Positions 42,542 to 49,720 of a stretch of 62,366 nt of DNA are shown here, piece by piece. The stretch lies in sequence record SRR20825006_1719; one strand, 5' to 3'. Numbering within the stretch: the stretch's first letter is position 1; each line of letters starts with the position of its first letter. The position numbers were made by a program, and so were the translations under genes. The notes under the pieces are model-generated. The model ran no database searches. It was not told the origin of the DNA and was given only the letters and a program-made list of their open reading frames with translations.

Positions 42542-43675
42542 CTATTCACTTATTAGCGTTAGTGTCATCGTTTGATTGTGCAATTCGCAGATGCGATCAT
42601 CAGCAAATGGAGCGAGCTCTCCATAACTGTAAAATCCTGTGAGCGTGGTATTTTTTCCGAGCACTTCGCATACTTCTTCTATCTCTTCCTCTACCCGCTG
42701 ATGCATGACTAACTTTCGGCCAACACAGCTTACTAAAATGGCTAATTCAGGTGGTGAATTTCGGTGTTCTACCGCGCGCTTCGCCGCTTCAGAAGCTCCG
42801 TCTACAATTCCATCTACGGTAGCCATCATAAGATTTACCCGTGAACCTTCTGGAGCGTCACCGGCTAAAACCATCGCATTCGTGTCTTCATCTATGTTGA
42901 GAATCGTACGTACTAACGGATTTTTTTTATGTTCAAACTGAACGCTTAGCGGATAAAGCAATGCCGCCTGAGGCAATTCAGAAGCTTTATCGCCTAAATA
43001 CTTTTTGTAGAGATCCAGCGCAGGTCTGTGATCAAGCTCGTACAACACATTACCCGAAGATTTTGTAATAAGCCGTTCTGGACCAAAAGAAAACCAACCC
43101 CCATAATTGGCAAAACTGATCTCTAGCGAGTCGCCATAAAGGCCTATAAGCACAACTTCGCCTTCCTTAGCCGGCTGATTATACCCACAAAGCGTTTTTT
43201 CAAAACGAGCATCATCTCCACATAAACCTCCCGTAATTGCAATATCAGTATCTAAAACCGAGGACAAGCCATTAATGAGTTCGCTCCCGTTTACAAAACT
43301 TCCTTCAGAAAGAACAAAAACATGTTTAAGTCCGTTTTTATTAATACGCTCTGCAAGAACTTTTCCGGTAGCAAAACTTTCTTTATTGTGTTCTAAAATG
43401 GAAGCGCTTACGATCTCAAAAGCAGACTTTTCAAATTCTATAGCGGTATAAGCCAAACCATCACTAAGCACATTAGTCCCTGTAATTTCACCAGCCGTGG
43501 ATCCTAAAACAAGATGCCCGTCAGGAAACTGCGCTCTCAATTGTGTAAAAATCGAATCATCTTCAAGTAAAAACCGATTTGAAAACACCAGTACAAGCGG
43601 AGCTTTGAGAGACGATGCTACCTCAGTATGTTGCCAATTGCCCGAAGCATCGCGTGTGCCTTGTTGTATTTTCAT
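42542..43675 (-). CDS. FIST N+C domain sensor protein (NosP-like)
   Basis: GSTAGEI, ITGGLCGD, NVLYELDHRPALDLY, VSCVGR, GFYSYGE, HNQT. Confidence 0.92.
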   Translation of the reverse strand: MKIQQGTRDASGNWQHTEVASSLKAPLVLVFSNRFLLEDDSIFTQLRAQFPDGHLVLGSTAGEITGTNVLSDGLAYTAIEFEKSAFEIVSASILEHNKESFATGKVLAERINKNGLKHVFVLSEGSFVNGSELINGLSSVLDTDIAITGGLCGDDARFEKTLCGYNQPAKEGEVVLIGLYGDSLEISFANYGGWFSFGPERLITKSSGNVLYELDHRPALDLYKKYLGDKASELPQAALLYPLSVQFEHKKNPLVRTILNIDEDTNAMVLAGDAPEGSRVNLMMATVDGIVDGASEAAKRAVEHRNSPPELAILVSCVGRKLVMHQRVEEEIEEVCEVLGKNTTLTGFYSYGELAPFADDRICELHNQTMTLTLISE

Positions 43676-43679
43676 TACT

Positions 43680-46037
43680 TTACTTTTTTAGACTGAAATA
43701 AAACGTGGTTCCATCACCCGGCGTACTTTCTAACCAAATATCACCATGATAAAGATCAATTATTTTCTTTACAATTGATAAACCAATACCTGTTGAATCT
43801 TCGTGATCAGTCAAAGACTGAAAGATTTTAAATATTTTATTGTGATATGCCGGTTCGATCCCCATCCCATTATCCTCAACAGCAAAAACGTGGCGATGCG
43901 CTTCTTCGGTATATCTGATCTCCACCCAGCCTTCTGCTTTATCACAATAGCGTACTGCGTTGCTGATCAAATTCTGAAAAACCTGCTGAATGCGTATACG
44001 GTCAATAGGTATAACAGGCATAGAGCCTTTTTTAATTTGAATATGATCAGGAATGTGAATAAGCTCTGTAACGCCATCTATCACACTACCTATATCCGTA
44101 GCGTCATCCTGAGTATGATCGCGCTGAATACTGCTGTAATTTAAAATACCTGTGATTAAAGCTTCCATCTTTTCTAAGGTGTTTTCTAGATTTTCAAAAT
44201 CCTCAAGACTTTGATCGTCAAGATGTTGCAAATTATCTTCCTTGATCCAATTCGCCAAAGCATTTATACTTCTCAACGGACTTTTTAAATCATGAGAAAC
44301 CACGTGTGCGTATTCTTGAAGTTCGCGGTTACTCTTTTCTAGATTGGCAAAAAGCAAATCTTTTTGAGCTTCTAAATTTTTAATCTCGGTAATATCCAGA
44401 TGAATTCCTATAGAACCAACAAGCTTTCCATTGATGTCAAAATTGGGAGCTCCACTAATCAACCAATTGCGCTTCTGCCCGGCTTTGTTGAGCACCTCAA
44501 CTTCATAAGAATCAGAAACTCCTTGTGCTCTAACTTTAGTTTTGCTGTGAATGATCTCTTGACTTTTAGGCTTCATAAAAAGTGCTGCAGCTTTTTTACC
44601 TATAAGCTCTTCTTTACTGAAACCACTTATTTCACAAAAACTCTGATTGGCTAATAGAATACGATCCTCATTATCTACTTCGAGCAAGCCTAAATTCATA
44701 TTAGCGATAATACTGCTGTATTTCTCTTTCTGCTGCTGTAAATCATTCTTATAGCGGCGTTGAAGCGTAACATCTGTGTAGCTCCACAGATGACCTTTAT
44801 AATTTCCGTTAGTGAAAATAGGCACAAAATCCCGTTCCAGAATTCGGCCATCCTTGAGTTCAAGCTCATCGCCAGTAACGAGTTCACGCGCAGAAATAAT
44901 CTCTTTTATACGCGCCACAAATGCTTCCGGATCCTTAAATAGTGGTTTGTTTTCTTCTGCAGCATTAATACAGCTTAGGCCTTTTAAAGCTTCCGGCTTA
45001 GCCGAAATACCAAACATATCGCAAAACATCTGATTGGTAAGCACAATGTCGCGCTGTTCATCTTCTAGTAAAATTCCGTTTTGCAGTCGGGAAATAAGGG
45101 CAGAAAGTCGGTTTTCAGATTCTACCAATTGCTCGCGCGCCAGCAGTTCTTTTGTCACATCTTCAACAGTGATCACCTCTTGAATCTGCATCCCGTTTTC
45201 AGGATTTTTTATCGCTGTGCCATTGATCTTAGTAGTAATGATCTGGCCGCTTTTTGTGATGTACTTTTGAGTACTTACAAAAGCATTAACCGCTCCTTCT
45301 TGCAAAGCCTCTAGCTGCTCTTTATAATCTGATTTTTCAGCAGCAAAGGTTAGGGCTTTTAGGTCTTTTCCTGAGATTTGATCCTCGGAAAAAGCGAGAA
45401 TATTTTTAAAGCTTGTGTTACACTTTTGAATCTTACCATTTATGGCAAGGGCTATCCCTAATGGAGAGTTGTTTACAATAAACTCGAGCTGTTGTTTTTG
45501 CTCCTCAATGATCGTGGCTTTGCTCTCTTCTAAAGTAATATCGCGCACAATGCCCTGCGCGACAATTGCCTTATTATTCTCATCAAGAATGGTACTGGCA
45601 TTTATATGAACACGTCTTATGTCACCAGATTTGGTGCGTATACTCACTTTAAAATCTGTGATACTGCCTTGTTTAAGCAATTTTTTAAAGGCCGTTTCAA
45701 CAGATTTCTGTTCTTCTTCTAAAACTAAATAGGGTAAAAAAACGGGTTCTTTGGTGGCATCATAGCCCATTAACGTTACCGCAGCATCGTTCATCTTTAA
45801 CACGCGACCGTCAATATCAATAACAACATAGGCATCAGCCAAGTTTTCAAAAACCCCTTGTAACTCAGAATTCTTCTGATAAATTAATGATTGAAGTTGA
45901 TCATTAGATTTTTTTAATTCTTCAGAAAGCGCGTAAAGCTCAGTAGACTTTTGCTCTAAAATAGCCTCTGCAGCTTTACGTGCACTACGCTCGCGAGCGA
46001 TAAGTCTTTTATATAGCGCTACGCTTTCTGTTTCCAT
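43680..46037 (-). CDS. Cytoplasmic multi-PAS (4x) histidine kinase (H-NOX-associated)
   Basis: Four PAS/PAC repeats ending RDIT/EDVT/TDVT/LDIT; VSHDLKSPL, QNLISNA, DNGMG, GIGLSIV. Confidence 0.94.
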   Translation of the reverse strand: METESVALYKRLIARERSARKAAEAILEQKSTELYALSEELKKSNDQLQSLIYQKNSELQGVFENLADAYVVIDIDGRVLKMNDAAVTLMGYDATKEPVFLPYLVLEEEQKSVETAFKKLLKQGSITDFKVSIRTKSGDIRRVHINASTILDENNKAIVAQGIVRDITLEESKATIIEEQKQQLEFIVNNSPLGIALAINGKIQKCNTSFKNILAFSEDQISGKDLKALTFAAEKSDYKEQLEALQEGAVNAFVSTQKYITKSGQIITTKINGTAIKNPENGMQIQEVITVEDVTKELLAREQLVESENRLSALISRLQNGILLEDEQRDIVLTNQMFCDMFGISAKPEALKGLSCINAAEENKPLFKDPEAFVARIKEIISARELVTGDELELKDGRILERDFVPIFTNGNYKGHLWSYTDVTLQRRYKNDLQQQKEKYSSIIANMNLGLLEVDNEDRILLANQSFCEISGFSKEELIGKKAAALFMKPKSQEIIHSKTKVRAQGVSDSYEVEVLNKAGQKRNWLISGAPNFDINGKLVGSIGIHLDITEIKNLEAQKDLLFANLEKSNRELQEYAHVVSHDLKSPLRSINALANWIKEDNLQHLDDQSLEDFENLENTLEKMEALITGILNYSSIQRDHTQDDATDIGSVIDGVTELIHIPDHIQIKKGSMPVIPIDRIRIQQVFQNLISNAVRYCDKAEGWVEIRYTEEAHRHVFAVEDNGMGIEPAYHNKIFKIFQSLTDHEDSTGIGLSIVKKIIDLYHGDIWLESTPGDGTTFYFSLKK

Positions 46038-46575
46038 GACCTTTTTCTATAAAAAACCGTACGTGCGTACCATCTGTTTTTAACTTTTGAAAACGCACTT
46101 TAGAATCAAAACCAAAATAAGTAAACGTCTCGTGCATAAGGCCAAGACCAAAGCTATACATAGCTCTACTAGAATGGTAGTCTAAAATTAAAGATTGGTT
46201 TGTTTTATTTATGGTTTTAAAGGTGGGTAACTGGGAGTCCGGATAAATTTTGCGTACTTCTACGTGAATGTGATCTTCAATGGAAGCTAATAATTCTAAA
46301 GGATCTGTGTAACTGTTTAAAAGCGCCGCATAGCTCGTCTCGATCACTTTAAAAAAATGCTGTGCGTAAACGTATAAAAGTTCGTCTATACTCAGCTGTG
46401 TGCGTTCACTTAAAGCGGTTAATAAGCTCACCATCTCGACGAATTTATAAGTGCCTACCGCAGTGTAAGCTCCGCCAGATTCAAGATCAGACGCCTGAAT
46501 GATCGCATCAACCATCTCAAGACCAAATTTATCTTCTACAAGCTCTAAAAATTCAGTAAACACAACACCTTTCAT
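46009..46575 (-). CDS. H-NOX haem nitric-oxide/oxygen-binding protein
   Basis: MKGVVF start, proximal His in HIHVEV, conserved LP, YxSxR (YHSSR), GL; ATG 46575 overlaps the upstream TGA. Confidence 0.92.
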   Translation of the reverse strand: MKGVVFTEFLELVEDKFGLEMVDAIIQASDLESGGAYTAVGTYKFVEMVSLLTALSERTQLSIDELLYVYAQHFFKVIETSYAALLNSYTDPLELLASIEDHIHVEVRKIYPDSQLPTFKTINKTNQSLILDYHSSRAMYSFGLGLMHETFTYFGFDSKVRFQKLKTDGTHVRFFIEKGHGNRKRSAI

Positions 46576-46991
46576 CACGTATGAATTAATTCGTTAAGAC
46601 TCCAGTAATTAAGTAGATTAGTGATTTTACTCACATAATCTTCATATTTTAAAGGTTTAAGCACATAACCCGCGATTCCTATTTCATAGCACTGCTTTAC
46701 ATCATTATGATTGCTAGAAGTGGTCAAAATGATCGTAGGAATGTATTTAAGCATTGCGTCTGCTTTCAAGATTTTTAAGAACTCGATCCCATTAATTTTA
46801 GGCATATTGAGGTCAAGTAGAATAATATCTGGCAATGCGCTTTTATCTTCTAAAATTTGCAATGCTTCTTCTCCATTTTTTGCTTCTATCAAATGATGCT
46901 TCAGGGCACTCTGTGCAAGCACGCGTTTGAGTTTCATAATCTCAATACGGTCATCTTCGATTAACAAAATGGTTAAGACTCTTCCTTTCAT
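46575..46991 (-). CDS. Single-domain response regulator (Rcp/CheY-like)
   Basis: LIEDD, ILLDLNMPKING, IILTTS, YVLKP. Confidence 0.94.
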   Translation of the reverse strand: MKGRVLTILLIEDDRIEIMKLKRVLAQSALKHHLIEAKNGEEALQILEDKSALPDIILLDLNMPKINGIEFLKILKADAMLKYIPTIILTTSSNHNDVKQCYEIGIAGYVLKPLKYEDYVSKITNLLNYWSLNELIHT

Positions 46992-47123
46992 TTCAATCTT
47001 GTTTGAATTGGGTAATTACCTATTAATTTTATTTTACAAGAAAAACCCTTTAGGTTCACTAGACCTAAAACATTTTACTTCTAAAAAATTCCAAAGCATA
47101 ACTCTGAAAATTAATGATCTATA

Positions 47124-47214
47124 CAAAAGTCTCAATAATGCCTAAAAAATATATTTAAAAGCGGTGAACGCAATACGAAGTATAGACGAATGGTAGTTTA
47201 GTGTAGATAAATAG
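47124..47214 (-). promoter_or_regulatory. Signalling-operon promoter: three LytTR-type boxes and -7 element
   Basis: GCGGTGAACGC 47161, GTATAGACGAATGG 47180-47193, TAGATAAATAG 47204; GACTTTTG 47124-47131; 48-nt gap. Confidence 0.78.
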
Positions 47215-47274
47215 TAAAAGTACTTGTAGAATAGTACTTTAATCGCTAGTTGAATATCGAAAAAGGCAGTAAAT

Positions 47275-47303
47275 AAAAAAGCCTTGCAAAAATGCAAGGC
47301 TTT
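47275..47303 (-). terminator. Intrinsic terminator following the tRNA-like remnant
   Basis: Perfect AAAGCCTTGCA-AAAA-TGCAAGGCTTT hairpin with A-run. Confidence 0.88.
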
Positions 47304-47311
47304 AAAAAAAT

Positions 47312-47402
47312 GCTGGAGTGGCAGAATTGAATTGCACCCCTCAAACCACTCTTATACAGCTACTTACGTTTATGTAAAAAAAAAGACATCGATTTAGACA
47401 TC
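47312..47402 (-). mobile_element. Probable attachment-site scar: degenerate tRNA(Pro-like) 3' end plus arm-type-like direct repeat
   Basis: Minus strand reads TTCAATTCTGCCACTCCAGC (T-loop/acceptor-like) directly before a terminator; AGACATC repeated at 47384 and 47396; gene content changes abruptly here. Confidence 0.5.
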
Positions 47403-47788
47403 ACTGAAAGCTGTTTTAGCTTTCTAACTGCAAATTTAAACTTTTGATACATAAAATTAGATAATATCAAATTTCATCACTAGCGTATCGATAAGTATTA
47501 GATTATAAGATATTACCTCTACAATAACAATATTGTATCCCATTTTTAGTGTTCATAATGTAAGTATTAACTTGTAACTAGCCAGAGTTTAGAATAACTT
47601 ATTATTCCGCATTATGTTTAGCACTGTAAAATCATAGGATAATTACCATTAAAAAAGTTTTATTGAATTTTCCTAACTAGGATTTACATGCTAATACATT
47701 AAATTAAATTCTATCAAGGTAATTGTACAAATGAAAATCTTGTAATGCAGGTGATCAAAATTAAGACGGCATATTAATTTTGGTTACA

Positions 47789-48970
47789 CTAATTACCTTT
47801 ATTATAAACCAACCCCAACTCTAATCCTCTTAATTCTGCCAAAGCTTTTAGCCTTCCTATATACGAATACCCGGGGTAACTTTCAGAATTCCATTCCGAA
47901 CGAAATAAAAATCCATGGTCTGGTCTTAATGGTAAGCTTATTTTGCGTTGCTGCATTATGCTAAGTACGCCTTGCATAATTGCCGCCATAGAATGGTCAC
48001 CTTCCAGATGTGCTGATTCTTGAAACAGTTTGGCATCATAACGCTTGATGTTTCTCAAATGTAAAAAGTGAATACGCTCTTTAAAAGCTTCTAATACTTG
48101 GATCAGATCAGTTTCAGGGTCTGCTCCTAGCGAACCTGTACAATAACAAAGTCCGTTAGCTTGATCAGGTACCGCTTCAAAAATTTGCTTCAAATCATCA
48201 TAATTACGAACTACCCTAGGCAATCCTAAAACTGAAAATGGTGGGTCGTCTGGATGAATAGCCATTTGCACACCAAAGGAATTAGCTACCGGAATTATTT
48301 CCTTTAAAAAACTGATCAAATTTTCACGCAATTGATACTCATCAATATGCTGATACGCTGCTAGTAGTTCAAGAATTTGTTTTGCGGTAAAATGTCCTTT
48401 GCTTCCTGGTAGCCCTAGAAGCACGTTTTTAAATAATTTCTGCTGCTCCTCATCACTTAGACGCTCACCATAAGCTCTCGCTGCTTGTAGTTCATCTTCG
48501 GTATAACTTAATGTGGCTCCGGGACGTTGTAAAAGATGTACATCAAAAAACACAAATGCGATATGATCATATGCTAGTGCTAGTGTTCCATCGCTATTTT
48601 CAAATCGATGATGCGTACGCACCCAATCGAGTACCGGCATAAAATTATAAGTAACGATGTGAATTCCGCATTGCGCCAAGTTCTCTAAACTGGTTTTGTA
48701 ATTTACAATATGTCTTTCAAAATCACCTCGGCGTTGTTTAATCGCCTCGCTTACAGGCAAACTTTCAACGACATTCCATTTTAAACCAAAAGAAGCAATA
48801 TATTCTTGTCGCTCTTGAATAGCTTCAATAGACCATACCTCGCCTACCGGTATCTCGTGTAAGGCAGTGACCACTCCTGATACTCCTGCCGCTTTAAGAT
48901 CGTCCAGTCTGATCGCATCGCTAGGTCCAAACCAACGCATGCTCTGCTGAGTTGTAAACATGGTATTCAC
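47789..48970 (-). CDS. uxuA: Mannonate dehydratase
   Basis: MRWFGP, VVESLPV, YNFMPVLDWVRT, HPDDPP, CTGSLG, HFLHLRN, RPDHG, PGYS.IGRL. Confidence 0.96.
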   Translation of the reverse strand: MNTMFTTQQSMRWFGPSDAIRLDDLKAAGVSGVVTALHEIPVGEVWSIEAIQERQEYIASFGLKWNVVESLPVSEAIKQRRGDFERHIVNYKTSLENLAQCGIHIVTYNFMPVLDWVRTHHRFENSDGTLALAYDHIAFVFFDVHLLQRPGATLSYTEDELQAARAYGERLSDEEQQKLFKNVLLGLPGSKGHFTAKQILELLAAYQHIDEYQLRENLISFLKEIIPVANSFGVQMAIHPDDPPFSVLGLPRVVRNYDDLKQIFEAVPDQANGLCYCTGSLGADPETDLIQVLEAFKERIHFLHLRNIKRYDAKLFQESAHLEGDHSMAAIMQGVLSIMQQRKISLPLRPDHGFLFRSEWNSESYPGYSYIGRLKALAELRGLELGLVYNKGN

Positions 48971-48973
48971 TTT

Positions 48974-49714
48974 TTAAAATCCAATAGCGTTTCCTCCATC
49001 AACACAAAGCACGGTACCTGTAATGTAACTAGACTCTTTTCCTGCTAAATAAAACACAGCGTCCGCAATATCCTCTGGTGTTCCCATCTTTCCCATTGGG
49101 GTACGCGCAAACACACGTTCTTTACGTTTCTTATCACTATCTAATGCTTTTGCTGTCATGGGTGTTTTGATAAAGCCTGGCGCTACGCAATTCACACGGA
49201 TGTGATGTTGAGCAAGATCGACCGCCATTGCGCGTGTCATTCCTTCAATTGCTGTTTTGCTGGCAGTATACGCGATGACTTGAGGAATGCCATATTGAGC
49301 AGCCATTGAACTAATGTTCACAATGTTCCCACCATTTGTTACTTTCATCGATTTCACTACCTCTCTGCTTATCGCAAATACACTTTTCACATTAGTGTGT
49401 AAAATACTGTCAAATTCATCATCACTCACATCAGAAAAGTCCTTCTTCATGTTAATACCGGCGTTATTGACCAGAACATCGATTTTTCCGGTTGCTTGCA
49501 GTAGTTCGTCTATCAACTTGGGAATAGCTTCCAAATTATTTAAATCAAAAACGATGGGTACGACTAGTTCTCCCAAATTGTCTGCTGCCTGTCTCGTTTT
49601 TTCTTCATTTCTACCTATGATATAGACTTTATAACCTGCATCACAAAATTTACGCGCTATAGCATAACCTAGTCCTGAATTTCCGCCGGTTACTAAAACT
49701 GTCTTTTTTTTCAT
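48974..49714 (-). CDS. Short-chain dehydrogenase (sugar-acid oxidoreductase; may supply mannonate)
   Basis: TGGNSGLG, NNAG, YTASK, VAPGFI.T, VDGG; adjacent to uxuA. Confidence 0.88.
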   Translation of the reverse strand: MKKKTVLVTGGNSGLGYAIARKFCDAGYKVYIIGRNEEKTRQAADNLGELVVPIVFDLNNLEAIPKLIDELLQATGKIDVLVNNAGINMKKDFSDVSDDEFDSILHTNVKSVFAISREVVKSMKVTNGGNIVNISSMAAQYGIPQVIAYTASKTAIEGMTRAMAVDLAQHHIRVNCVAPGFIKTPMTAKALDSDKKRKERVFARTPMGKMGTPEDIADAVFYLAGKESSYITGTVLCVDGGNAIGF

Positions 49715-49720
49715 TTTTTA

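Noticed and set aside
46927-47145. 72-aa plus-strand ORF upstream of the response regulator
   Set aside because: Antisense to the RR start and promoter, low-complexity AT-rich translation
47312-47340. Possible intact tRNA or tmRNA gene
   Set aside because: Only about 25 nt resemble a T-arm/acceptor 3' end; no D-arm, anticodon arm or 5' acceptor strand is present
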